Part shown: positions 28,416 to 38,120 of the stretch, in pieces
Layout of the letters: each line of letters starts with the position of its first letter
Numbering within the stretch: the stretch's first letter is position 1
NCBI GenBank assembly: GCA_965250285.1
Contig: OZ252299.1
Span: forward strand, 3,968,001 to 4,032,000
Length of the DNA: 64,000 nucleotides
DNA from: Myxococcota bacterium
GTDB taxonomy: Bacteria; Myxococcota_A; UBA9160; UBA4427
Reading direction: 5' to 3'
Position numbers and translations under genes: made by a program
Notes under the pieces: generated by a model
What the model saw: the letters and a program-made list of their open reading frames with translations, nothing else
What the model was told of the DNA's origin: nothing
Databases searched by the model: none

Positions 28416-30212
28416 CTACGACGTCTCGGCGCCGGTCACCGCATCGACCGGCGTGATCGGAAGCTGGATCTCGGCGCAGGTCCCACCCGCCTCGGGACAG
28501 TTCAACGCGATCGCACCCCCGTGCCGCCGCACGATCTCGTACGAGATCGCCAGGCCGATGCCGGTGCCTTCGCCCACGGCCTTCGTCGTGAAGAACGGGT
28601 CGAAGACGCGGTCGCGGACCTCGACGGGGATCCCGACGCCGTCGTCGCGAATGCGCACGGTCACGCGGGCTTCGTCGGCCTCGGCTTCGATCCGAACGAG
28701 GCCGTCGCCTTCGATCGCCTGGCTGGCATTGAGGATCACGTTCAGAAAAACCTGCTTGATCTCCTGGGGCGCGCAGGCCACGCGGGGGAGCTCTGCGAAG
28801 TCGCGCTCGACACGCACGCGCGACCCGAGCTGTGGGGCCGCCACTCGGAGCACCGATTCGAGCAGGTCGCGAAAGTCGACGGTCTCGCGCTCGCCGCTTC
28901 CTCCGTGTGAGAAGCCACGAATGTCACGGACGATCGACACGGCCCGATCGACGCCCTCGAGCGCCTCTTCGAGCAGCTCACCCGACTCGTCGACGAGCGA
29001 ACGCAGCTCGGCACGGCGGGCTTCGGCGTCGGGCAACGACTGACCGAGATCGTCGGCGAAGCCATCGATTGCCTTCATGTGGCGCCCGAGCAGACTCACG
29101 TTGGCGCGCACGTAGGCGAGCGGATTGTTGATCTCGTGGGCCACGCCGGCGGCGAGCTCACCGACGGCAGCGAGCCGCCCCGACAGGAGCAGCCGACTGC
29201 GCAGGGTCACGAGCTCACGCTGATCCTGCACGACGATGACGAGCCCGATGCAGAGTCCCCGGTTGTCGAGCAGCGGCTTCGAAGTCACGACGACGGGCAG
29301 CAGCCCGCCGTGGGCATCGGAGAGCTCGGCCTCTTCGTCTCGAAGTCCATCCGAGAGCACTTCGAGCGAGAGCGTGAGCAACTGCTGGATCGGCACGTCC
29401 TGCAGCGAACGTTGATCGCGCCCCGACAACTTCTGGAGGGCGGCGTTGCTCGAGCGAATGCGACCGTCGAGATGCGTCATCGCGATGCCCTCGGGCAGCG
29501 TGTCGACGATCTGCTCGGTGAAGGCCGTCGGCACGAGCAGCGAGTAGCCGTAGCGCCAGGCCGAGTACGCGCCGACGATGCCGACGAAGGCGACCGACAC
29601 CGATCCGAGATAGGGGAATCGCACGCCGAGCATGGGCAAGAGGCCATCGGTCAGCGAGGCGACGGTTCCGGGTACGAGCAAGCCGATCGCCAGGATGCTC
29701 GTCTGACTCCGCTCGGCCGCCGAAGGAGATGCGCGCACGTCACTGACGCCGAGCCAGATTGCGGTCGACGCGAGCGCGAAGATCCAGGCGTAGGCGAACA
29801 CGAACCCGTCGCCCAGCACGAAGGCCCAGCCCCACGAGGTGCGGACGACGTCGGCATGAATCAGCGGCGTCGCCATGTCGAGCACGATGAAGCCGAGCGT
29901 GATGGCATACATCCATGGCACGAAGCGCCGCAGCCGAGGCCGCGCGTGGGGCATCGACTTGAGGACGAGGTGCAGGGCGAAGGCGGGGATCGGCACCCAT
30001 CCGAGCCCGGACATCCGCGCGAACGCCAGCGCCGACTCGGCGGTGCCCGCCGAGCACCACAACGCTTGGGTCGATGCCCAGACGACCCCGCAGCCCAGCA
30101 GCGCCGCGGCGAGCCGACCGTCGGTCTGCCGAGAACGCGACGAGAGCAGCGCGCCGGCCAGGGTCGCGTTCACGATGGCGCTCGCGATGAGGAGGATGAT
30201 GTAGGGGTGCAT
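28416..30212 (-). CDS. Sensor histidine kinase (N-terminal 7TM region, PAS, HisKA, HATPase)
   Basis: About 7 hydrophobic segments; H-box AGVAHEINNPL; N-box QVFLNVILNA; DDGVG, FDPFFTTK and GTGIGL motifs. Confidence 0.93.
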   Translation of the reverse strand: MHPYIILLIASAIVNATLAGALLSSRSRQTDGRLAAALLGCGVVWASTQALWCSAGTAESALAFARMSGLGWVPIPAFALHLVLKSMPHARPRLRRFVPWMYAITLGFIVLDMATPLIHADVVRTSWGWAFVLGDGFVFAYAWIFALASTAIWLGVSDVRASPSAAERSQTSILAIGLLVPGTVASLTDGLLPMLGVRFPYLGSVSVAFVGIVGAYSAWRYGYSLLVPTAFTEQIVDTLPEGIAMTHLDGRIRSSNAALQKLSGRDQRSLQDVPIQQLLTLSLEVLSDGLRDEEAELSDAHGGLLPVVVTSKPLLDNRGLCIGLVIVVQDQRELVTLRSRLLLSGRLAAVGELAAGVAHEINNPLAYVRANVSLLGRHMKAIDGFADDLGQSLPDAEARRAELRSLVDESGELLEEALEGVDRAVSIVRDIRGFSHGGSGERETVDFRDLLESVLRVAAPQLGSRVRVERDFAELPRVACAPQEIKQVFLNVILNASQAIEGDGLVRIEAEADEARVTVRIRDDGVGIPVEVRDRVFDPFFTTKAVGEGTGIGLAISYEIVRRHGGAIALNCPEAGGTCAEIQLPITPVDAVTGAETS

Positions 30213-30350
30213 GCAGGAAGGCCCTGCATCCTCTATCGGTGTCGTCCGAATCGAGCTTGACGCCGGCCCGCTCGATGCGGGGCAGGATGTCCTCCGACCG
30301 GGGTGCAACGTTGCCACCCCACGCGAATCGGGCGCCGCGCGGCGACGCGT

Positions 30351-33041
30351 TCAGGGTTTCTTCTGAAGATCGCTCACGGCGGGCGCGGGCCGCGCCATAA
30401 GACGCGCGAGGGTGGCGGCGTCGGGCCGCGGTCGCGCCCCCGCAAGAGCGAAGCCGCCGAGCACGCTCTCATTCAGCGCATGGTGCGGGACTTCCCCCGA
30501 GAGCAGGCGCGTCAGATCCCCCACCACGATCTCGCCCTGGTGCGCGCTCACCTCTCTCGTGTTGCCACCGATGTGCGGCGTGCTGACCACGTCGCTTCGC
30601 TGCACGAGGGGGTGATCGGCGCCCGGGGGTTCGACCGAGAACGTGTCGAGCGCCGCACCCGCGAGGTGCCCCGCCTCGAGCGCGTCGACGAGCGCCGCCT
30701 CGTCGATCAACGCAGCCCGCGCCGTGTTCACGAGGCAGGCCCCGGCTTTCATCGCGCCGAGCTCGGCGGCCCCGATGAGCCCCTCGGTCTCGGGCGTCAC
30801 CGCCGCGTGCAGGCTCACGAAGTCGCTCGCGCGCAGCAGTGCATCGAGGGGCACCCGCTCTGCGCCCGACGCGGCCGCGGACTCGGCAGTGACGAACGGG
30901 TCGGCGACGAGCAGGCGCACGCCGAACCCCGCGAGCCGGTTCGCCACCGCGCGCCCAACGGCGCCGAACCCGACGAGACCGACCGTCTTCTGCCACAGCT
31001 CGCGTCCCCGGAGCGTCGCGAAGGCGCGCCCCATCGAGGCCAGGTCGCCGGGTGCGACGCTCGGGTCGTGCAAGAACGAGATCGCGTCGGGCAGTCGTCG
31101 CGCGAGCATGAGCAGTGACGCGACGGTCAGATCGGCGACCGCGTCGGCGTTTCGCCCCGGCGTGTTCAGCACCGGGATGCCGAACGCGGTGCACGCGTCG
31201 ACGTCGACGTTGACCGCGGCGCCCCGGCAGCTCGCGACGATGCGCAGGTCGGGCGACGCATCGATCGCGCGCGCGTCGACGAGGTCGATCTCGGTCACGA
31301 AGATGTCGATGCCGCGGAGCGCTTCGATCAGGGCATCGCCCTGCAGCATCCGCCGGGCCTCGCGATAGGGCGCATAGTCGACGTCGGCGATCGTGCGCAG
31401 GGCACCGAGCGCGGCCGCGTCGAACTCGGCCGTGACGAGCGCCCGCGGCCGGGTGGCGGCGGCGACGCGCGGCCCGCTTGCGGCATCGGCCCCGACCGCG
31501 AAGGGCATGGTCAGCGTCGCCGCTTCGGCATCGGCCGTCGCCCGCGCGGCGCGCAGGTTCGACCAGCGCTCGAAGAGCGCTGCGTGCTCGTCGGCCTCTG
31601 CCGACACGGGCGCGACCTCGCGGGTTCGGACCAGCGTCGCCGTCGCGGCCTGCAGATCTTCGAACGCGCCGGCTCCCACCGCGGCGCAGAGAGCGGCGCC
31701 CAGGCCGGTGGCGCCGGGATCCACCGGCACGCGGATCGACTCGCCGAGCACGCCCGCCACGATGCGCGTGAAGGTCTCGCTCTGCGAGAGACCGCCGGTG
31801 AGGCGCAGTGGCCCGCGCGCGCCCTCGACCTCGGCCACACCGACGACCTGCTCGAGGTTGGCGCGCAACGCGCAGGCCATCCCTTCGACGACCGAACGCA
31901 CGAGATGCCGCCGGGGCGTGTCGTCGTCGAAGGTCGAGAGATGGCTGAGCGTCAGCTGCCCGACGGGCAGCCCCATCGCCTGCGCATTCATCACCTCGGC
32001 ACCGAGGCTCGACAGGTGTCCCCGCGATCCCGGGCTCGACGTCGCCGCTTCGCCGAGCAGTCGCTGCACCGGCGACACCGAAGCGCCGCGGTCTGCGTAG
32101 AGAAGCCGGGCGAACCAGCCGAGGGTCTCACCGAGCGGACCGCAATTGCTCTCGAGCACGCGGCGCTCTGGCACGACGTGGTGCCCCGACCAGAGGCGAC
32201 GCGCCGGATCGACCAGCGCGGCGTCGGTCACGAGCTGGATCGGCCCCGTCGTGCCCGCGACAGCGGCGACGTCGCCCCGCGCGACCGCGCCGGCGCCGAG
32301 GAGGCCGCACTGCGTATCACCGCCGCCGACCGCGATGGCGATGCCCGGCGTGAGCCCGAGCGCTTCGGCGACGTCGCCTCGAAGCTCGCCGAGCCATTCC
32401 CCCGACTCGCGAATCGGCGGCAGGATGTCGCGCGGCAGCCCCAGCTGCTCGGTCCACGCATCGCTCCAGCTGCGCGAATGGAGGTCGAAGAGCAGCGTCT
32501 CGGCCGCCTGACTCGGATCGCTCGCCCGCTCGCCGCAGAGCCAGGTCGCCAGCCAGTCGCTGACCGAGAGCACGTCGGTCACCCGCGCGAAGTCGTCGGG
32601 CCGCTCGGCCTTCAGCCACTGCAGCCTCGACGCGGCGTGAATCGGGAGCGGCCACTGCCCCGTCGCCTCGTAGAGCGCCTCACCGTGGCTCATCGCGAGC
32701 CCGATCCCGGGGCCGGCGGCGCGCGCGTCGCGGTTGGGCACGGCGAGCACCGCGTCGCCAGCCTCATCGAGCAGCACGTTGCCGAATCGCACGGCGGTCG
32801 CGGCGATGCCGATGATCCGACCGGGCGCGACCCCTGCCTGCTCGATCACCTCTCGCGTGGTCGCCGCGAATACGCTCGTGATCGCATCGAGGTCGAGGTC
32901 GAAGCCCAAGCCCCCGGTCTCGGGCGCCGTCGCGAATCGCCAGGCGCGCGCGGCCGTCCACGAGCGACCCGACTCGAGGTCGAGCAGCACCGATCGCCCA
33001 CCGCCTCCGCCGAAGTCGAGTCCGATGACGTGGGTGCTCAT
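30351..33041 (-). CDS. Fusion: FGGY-family carbohydrate kinase + D-isomer-specific 2-hydroxyacid dehydrogenase
   Basis: N-terminal IGLDFG...GGGDTQ...GTT...EG...TGGLSQS (FGGY). C-terminal NTPGRNADAVA, GLVGFGAVG, VNTAR, LDTFSVEP, TPHIGG (2-Hacid_dh). One uninterrupted 896-aa ORF. Confidence 0.9.
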   Translation of the reverse strand: MSTHVIGLDFGGGGGRSVLLDLESGRSWTAARAWRFATAPETGGLGFDLDLDAITSVFAATTREVIEQAGVAPGRIIGIAATAVRFGNVLLDEAGDAVLAVPNRDARAAGPGIGLAMSHGEALYEATGQWPLPIHAASRLQWLKAERPDDFARVTDVLSVSDWLATWLCGERASDPSQAAETLLFDLHSRSWSDAWTEQLGLPRDILPPIRESGEWLGELRGDVAEALGLTPGIAIAVGGGDTQCGLLGAGAVARGDVAAVAGTTGPIQLVTDAALVDPARRLWSGHHVVPERRVLESNCGPLGETLGWFARLLYADRGASVSPVQRLLGEAATSSPGSRGHLSSLGAEVMNAQAMGLPVGQLTLSHLSTFDDDTPRRHLVRSVVEGMACALRANLEQVVGVAEVEGARGPLRLTGGLSQSETFTRIVAGVLGESIRVPVDPGATGLGAALCAAVGAGAFEDLQAATATLVRTREVAPVSAEADEHAALFERWSNLRAARATADAEAATLTMPFAVGADAASGPRVAAATRPRALVTAEFDAAALGALRTIADVDYAPYREARRMLQGDALIEALRGIDIFVTEIDLVDARAIDASPDLRIVASCRGAAVNVDVDACTAFGIPVLNTPGRNADAVADLTVASLLMLARRLPDAISFLHDPSVAPGDLASMGRAFATLRGRELWQKTVGLVGFGAVGRAVANRLAGFGVRLLVADPFVTAESAAASGAERVPLDALLRASDFVSLHAAVTPETEGLIGAAELGAMKAGACLVNTARAALIDEAALVDALEAGHLAGAALDTFSVEPPGADHPLVQRSDVVSTPHIGGNTREVSAHQGEIVVGDLTRLLSGEVPHHALNESVLGGFALAGARPRPDAATLARLMARPAPAVSDLQKKP

Positions 33042-33180
33042 GCTGCGATTCCTCGGCGAGGGTTCGTCTCGCGACGCGCCTGCGCGAGGCTATCGCCGGG
33101 GCGGCTCGCTCGGCCACTCCCGAACGAAAGTCGTTCGCCTGCGACGACACGACCTCGATGTGCGGGAGACGTGGGCGCGT

Positions 33181-36100
33181 TCAGTCGCGCGCCGGTCGCA
33201 AGCAGTCACAGCGCGCGGTGATCGCAGCGAGTGCGCTCGTCGTCGCGCCGGCCGCGGCCCGCTGCTGCAGCGCGCGAATACCGTCGATCTCTGACGCGCG
33301 CTCGGCAAGGAAGGCCTCGACCGCCACGCCGGGCTCATCGCCTCGCTCGAGCACGGCCTCGGTCAGAACGCGGTGCAGATCGAGGACGCCCTGGCGCAGA
33401 TCCGAGAGGATGATGCGATCCCAGTACGACGCCGAAGGCACGAAGGCGAGTCGTTCGTACAGCCAGTTGAGGGCCGCGCCCTCGCCGATGCGGGTGTAGA
33501 TCGGCGCGACGGTGGCCGCCGCCGTGCCCGACGACTCGGCCACGCGAAGGATGTTGAGGCCCCGGTCGACCAGCGGCAGGCACGCGACGCGCTCGGCGAC
33601 CGCCTCGCTCGGACCGCCGGCCTTCAGCTGATCGACGCGCTCGTCGAGTCGGCGCAGCTCGCCCGGCGCGAGGAAGTCGCGTACGCCCTCGAAGAGCGCG
33701 TCGAGGGCGTCGCGCCACTGCGCGACCAGACCTTCGTCGAGCACCGCGCGGTTCGACTTGACGAGGAAGCGCGCCACCATGCGCTTCCCCTCTTCGAGCT
33801 CGATGAGCGCCTCGTACAGCTCCGAACGAGGCGCCGACCAGGCCTCGTTGAGATCGTCGCGCACGGCGTCGGCACGCATGATGTCTTCGGCGAGCACCAG
33901 TGCCGACGCGGTCGTCGCCGCGTCGATCCCGAGCTCGGCCTGGAGCGACGTGAAGAGCGTCGCCCCCCCGACGTCGAGCAGGTGGTTCACGACCCGAAGC
34001 GCCGTGATCTGATCGCGCAGCGAGTGACCGTCGAGCGCGTCGCCCCACTCCTCGCAGAAGCGCTTCGGGAAGTAGCCGCGATAGGTCCCTTCGAGGTAGG
34101 GATCTTCGGGGAAGTCGCCACCGAGCAGCGCCGCCTGTGCCTGGTGCTTCGCCAGCCCCAGGATCACGGCCAGCTCCGGGCGGCAGAGCCCACGCCCTTC
34201 GAGCATCCGCGCGTGCACGGTGTCGGCATCGGGCAGCCCGAGATCGGCGGGATCGAGCCCCGCATGACTGCAGAGCGTCGTGATGGCGCCCGAGAACGCT
34301 TCGGGGTCCTGCTTCGAGCGCAGCTGGTCGAGCGAGATCGACAGCGCCTGCGCGCGGTTGTGCGCCAGCACCGATTCGCATGCTTCGTCGGCGACGTCGA
34401 AGAGCAGCTCGCGTCGCGCTGGCGCATCGAGCTGGCCCGATCGCACCAGCGGCGCCAGGGCGATCTTGTAGTTCACCTCGTGATCCGAGAGGTCGACCCC
34501 CGCGCTGTTGTGGATCGCGTCGGTATCGAGCAGCACCCCCTGCTCGGCCGCCTCGACACGCGCCGCCTGGGTGAGGCCCAGGTTGCCGCCCTCACCGACG
34601 ATGCGCGCACGCAGCTTCGAGGCCTCGACGCGCACGGCGTCATTCGCGCGATCACCGACCTCGCCGTCGGTCTCGTGGGAAGCGCGCACATAGGTGCCGA
34701 TGCCGCCGTTCCAGAGCACGTCGACGTCGAGACGCAGGATCGCGCGGACGACGTCCTGACCGCTCGCCTCGGCCCCCAGGCCGAGACGCCCCTGCAACGG
34801 CTCGGGGATCGGCAGCCTCTTCGCCGAACGCGGCCAGACACCGCCGCCCGTCGACAGCAGGCTCTTGTCGTAGTCGTCCCACGTCGATCGCGGCAGGTCG
34901 AAGAGGCGCTGACGCTCGGCGTGCGAGACGGCCGGATCGGGATCGGGGTCGAGAAAGACGTGGCGATGATCGAAGGCCGCGACCAGCTTCGCCCGGCGCA
35001 TCAGCAGCAGCCCGTTGCCGAAGACGTCGCCCGACATGTCGCCGATGCCCGCGACCTCGTAATCGTGCTGCTCGGGGTCGATGCCGAGCTCGGCGAGATG
35101 ATGTTTGACGCACTCCCAGGCGCCGCGCGCCGTGATGGCGTAGCGCTTGTGGTCGTAGCCCTCGCTGCCGCCCGAGGCGAACGCGTCGCCGAGCCAGAAG
35201 TCACGCGCGAGCGCGATCTCGTTGGCGGTGTCGCTCAGATGGGCCGTGCCCTTGTCGGCCGCGACGACGAGGTACGGGTCATCGCCGTCGAGTCGACGCA
35301 CGCCGGGCGGCGGCCGCACGCCGCCGTCGGGATCGAGGTTGTCGGTGACGTCGAGCAGGCTCGCGATGAAGTGGCGGTACTGGAGATCGGCTTCCTGTCG
35401 CGCCTCGGCGGGCGACTGCCCCTCGCGGCGCAGCACGAAGCCGCCCTTGGCGCCGACGGGCACGATGATCCCGTTCTTCAGCATCTGCGTGCTCATCAGC
35501 CCCAGGATCTCGACGCGCAGATCGTCGTGGCGATCGCTCCACCGCAGCCCCCCGCGCGCGACCGGACCGCCGCGCAGGTGGATCCCCTCGAGATCGGCCG
35601 AGTGCACCCAGATCTCGCGGTGGGGCACCACACCGGTCAGCTCCTCGATCGCCTCCGAGTCGAGCTTCAACACGACGCGATGGGGCGGCGAGGGAGGCGC
35701 GAAGAAGTTCGTGCGCAGCGTCGCCGAGATCAGCCGGTGAAAGCCGTTCAGCGCGCGGTCCTCATTGAGCGACGAGATCCGGTCGCGGTACGCCTCGAAG
35801 TCGGCCTCGAGCTCTTCGGCGCGGCGCTCGCGCACCGCGTCGTCGAGGTCGGGATCGAATCGATTCTCGAACGCGTCGACCAGCATGCGCGCTGCAACGG
35901 GGTTCTCGAGCAGCATGCGAATCAGGTAGGGGCGGGAGAGCACGCCCTGGATCTGCTGGAAGTACTCGACGTAGGCGCGCAGCAGATCGACCTGACGCCA
36001 GTCGAGGCCGGCGCCGAGCACGAGGCCGTTCAGGGCATCGCTCGAGGTCGTGCCGCCGAGCGCCGACTGCAGCGCCGCGCCGAGTCTTGGGCTCAGCTGA

Positions 36101-37977
36101 TCGAGATCTTCCTGGCTGCGCCCGAGCGGCAGCACTCGGAGCGATTCGATCGAAGCTGCGACGCGGTCGCGGGGCGTGACTTCGAAGAGCTGGGCATCGA
36201 GCACGCGCAGCCCGAAGTGGTCGGCGATCGGCAGCACGTCCGAGAGCAGCGGGGTCTCGCTCAGGTACAGACGCAGCGTCGACGTCTCGCGCTCGTCGTC
36301 GCCCTCGTCGAAGTAGAGCGCGGTCTGAGGCTCGCCTGTCGCTGCGAGTCGTTCGAGCCCATCGACGTCGCGCACCGCGTCGCGCGGATCGGTGGCCCGC
36401 TGCAATGCCTCGGGAAAGGCCTGCTCGAAGCGAGCGGCCAGACGAGCGGCTGCGGTCTCGTCGCCGCGGTGACGCAGCGCCTCGTGCAGCCGATCCTCCC
36501 AGGGCGAACACAGCTCACGCACCTCTTCTTCGAGCCGATCGAGGTCGGCACGAATCGTCTCGCCCTCGGCCGCGGTACAGAAGCAGTGCACGATCGCCGC
36601 GCCCTCTTCGACGAACGAGGTGCGATCGTCGATGAAGCGGGCCCCGGTGCGGCGCTCGAGCAGCTCACGCAGACCGACGCGCAGATCTTCGCGGTAGTGC
36701 TCTCGAGGGATCAGGATCGCCGCGTAGAGCAGGCGACCCCGCGGATGTGTGCGCGTGACGAGCTGCACCGACTTCGAAGATGCCGCGGCGACGAGCTCGG
36801 GCAGCAGATCGGCGAGCCGATCGACGTCGGCGCCGACGAGCAGCTCGATCGGCAACGAGTCGAACGCCGTGACGATCGCCTGGTGCGCGTGCGATCCGTA
36901 GGTCAGACCGAGTCGATCGACCAGCTGACGCAGCCGCTCGGAGAGCAGGGGGACCTGCGACCCGGGCGTGCGCAGCACGCGCTTCGTGAACAACCCGACG
37001 AGGATCGCGAAGCCGACGACACGCCCCTGGTCATCGTGCTCCTTTACGAGGATGCGATCGAGGCGCCCCGCCCGGTGGATGCGCGACTCGAGGCGCGACT
37101 TGCTGATCAGGATGATGCGTGTGTCTTCGAGATCCTCGCAGATCTCGTACGGCACCTCCGAGCCACAGAGCGGCTCGACGAGGCGGCTCGACTCGTCGTC
37201 GCGCCACATGCCGAGGCCGGTACCCGGCACGATCTGCACCTCGAGGGCGTCGGGCACGGCGGCGCCCTGCCCCATTCCCTCGATGCCGGTCACGCGATAG
37301 CGCCGCATCCCCACGAAGACGAAGCGGCCGTCGATGATGAAGTCGAGGAAGTTCTGCACGCGCTCGGTGCGGGCGCGGCCGCCCTCGAGCGCAGGCCCGG
37401 CGAACTCGAGATTCGCGCTCAGCTCGCGCACCGCGCGAATCATGCGCCGGTGATCCTGCGTGATCGCGTTGACCCAGGCCATGACCTGGTGCACCGCGTC
37501 GGTGAGTACGGCGAGCTGCCCGCGGTCGTCGGTCGCGATCGCGAACTCGATATAGACGTACGACTCGCGGGACGTCCCGTTGGTCGCGGCCGAGATGTCG
37601 ATCAGACGACCGTTCGCGTCGCGCTCGACCTGCATGATCGGGTGCAGCACGAAGCGCTCGTGCGCGCCGAAGCGCGCGAGGAGCAGCTCGAGGGTATCTA
37701 CGATGAACGAGTGATCGTCCTGCAGCACCTCGAGGATGCCGTGCCCCGGACGATCTTCGGGCTGCGTGACGCGCACCCGCGTCTCGCCCCCCTCGCGCGT
37801 CGAGATCCACTCGAAACCGGCCACGACGAGCCCGGCCAGCGCGCTGGGTCCGAGGGTCGGATGCGACTCGACCCCCTCGAAGAGACGCTCGGCGAAGCGC
37901 TCGAAGACGGCGCGGTCGCCGGCGTCGATGCGGTCGCGAGCTTCAGCGATGACGTTCTGCGCGGCGCCCTCGGACAT
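33181..37977 (-). CDS. gdhB: NAD-specific glutamate dehydrogenase, large (about 1600 aa) form
   Basis: ARGGLRWSDR, KNGIIVPVGAKGGF, YLVVAADKGTA, GIGDMSGDVFGNG, EGGNLG, SDHEVN motifs. Confidence 0.95.
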   Translation of the reverse strand: MSEGAAQNVIAEARDRIDAGDRAVFERFAERLFEGVESHPTLGPSALAGLVVAGFEWISTREGGETRVRVTQPEDRPGHGILEVLQDDHSFIVDTLELLLARFGAHERFVLHPIMQVERDANGRLIDISAATNGTSRESYVYIEFAIATDDRGQLAVLTDAVHQVMAWVNAITQDHRRMIRAVRELSANLEFAGPALEGGRARTERVQNFLDFIIDGRFVFVGMRRYRVTGIEGMGQGAAVPDALEVQIVPGTGLGMWRDDESSRLVEPLCGSEVPYEICEDLEDTRIILISKSRLESRIHRAGRLDRILVKEHDDQGRVVGFAILVGLFTKRVLRTPGSQVPLLSERLRQLVDRLGLTYGSHAHQAIVTAFDSLPIELLVGADVDRLADLLPELVAAASSKSVQLVTRTHPRGRLLYAAILIPREHYREDLRVGLRELLERRTGARFIDDRTSFVEEGAAIVHCFCTAAEGETIRADLDRLEEEVRELCSPWEDRLHEALRHRGDETAAARLAARFEQAFPEALQRATDPRDAVRDVDGLERLAATGEPQTALYFDEGDDERETSTLRLYLSETPLLSDVLPIADHFGLRVLDAQLFEVTPRDRVAASIESLRVLPLGRSQEDLDQLSPRLGAALQSALGGTTSSDALNGLVLGAGLDWRQVDLLRAYVEYFQQIQGVLSRPYLIRMLLENPVAARMLVDAFENRFDPDLDDAVRERRAEELEADFEAYRDRISSLNEDRALNGFHRLISATLRTNFFAPPSPPHRVVLKLDSEAIEELTGVVPHREIWVHSADLEGIHLRGGPVARGGLRWSDRHDDLRVEILGLMSTQMLKNGIIVPVGAKGGFVLRREGQSPAEARQEADLQYRHFIASLLDVTDNLDPDGGVRPPPGVRRLDGDDPYLVVAADKGTAHLSDTANEIALARDFWLGDAFASGGSEGYDHKRYAITARGAWECVKHHLAELGIDPEQHDYEVAGIGDMSGDVFGNGLLLMRRAKLVAAFDHRHVFLDPDPDPAVSHAERQRLFDLPRSTWDDYDKSLLSTGGGVWPRSAKRLPIPEPLQGRLGLGAEASGQDVVRAILRLDVDVLWNGGIGTYVRASHETDGEVGDRANDAVRVEASKLRARIVGEGGNLGLTQAARVEAAEQGVLLDTDAIHNSAGVDLSDHEVNYKIALAPLVRSGQLDAPARRELLFDVADEACESVLAHNRAQALSISLDQLRSKQDPEAFSGAITTLCSHAGLDPADLGLPDADTVHARMLEGRGLCRPELAVILGLAKHQAQAALLGGDFPEDPYLEGTYRGYFPKRFCEEWGDALDGHSLRDQITALRVVNHLLDVGGATLFTSLQAELGIDAATTASALVLAEDIMRADAVRDDLNEAWSAPRSELYEALIELEEGKRMVARFLVKSNRAVLDEGLVAQWRDALDALFEGVRDFLAPGELRRLDERVDQLKAGGPSEAVAERVACLPLVDRGLNILRVAESSGTAAATVAPIYTRIGEGAALNWLYERLAFVPSASYWDRIILSDLRQGVLDLHRVLTEAVLERGDEPGVAVEAFLAERASEIDGIRALQQRAAAGATTSALAAITARCDCLRPARD

Positions 37978-38120
37978 GCGGCGAAGGGTAGACGATGCGC
38001 GCCGCGGCGCGGCAGGGGGCAGTGAGGAAAGCGCCCCGGCGTGGGCGATCGTCCAGATCGGTCTCGACCCCAGGCCCCTGGGCCGTCGATCGGACGTGCC
38101 CGAATGGATAGAATCGGGAC

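Noticed and set aside
33373..38025. 1550-aa ORF on the + strand
   Set aside because: It is the antisense shadow of the NAD-GDH gene, has no recognisable motifs, and such shadows are expected from codon bias in high-GC DNA.
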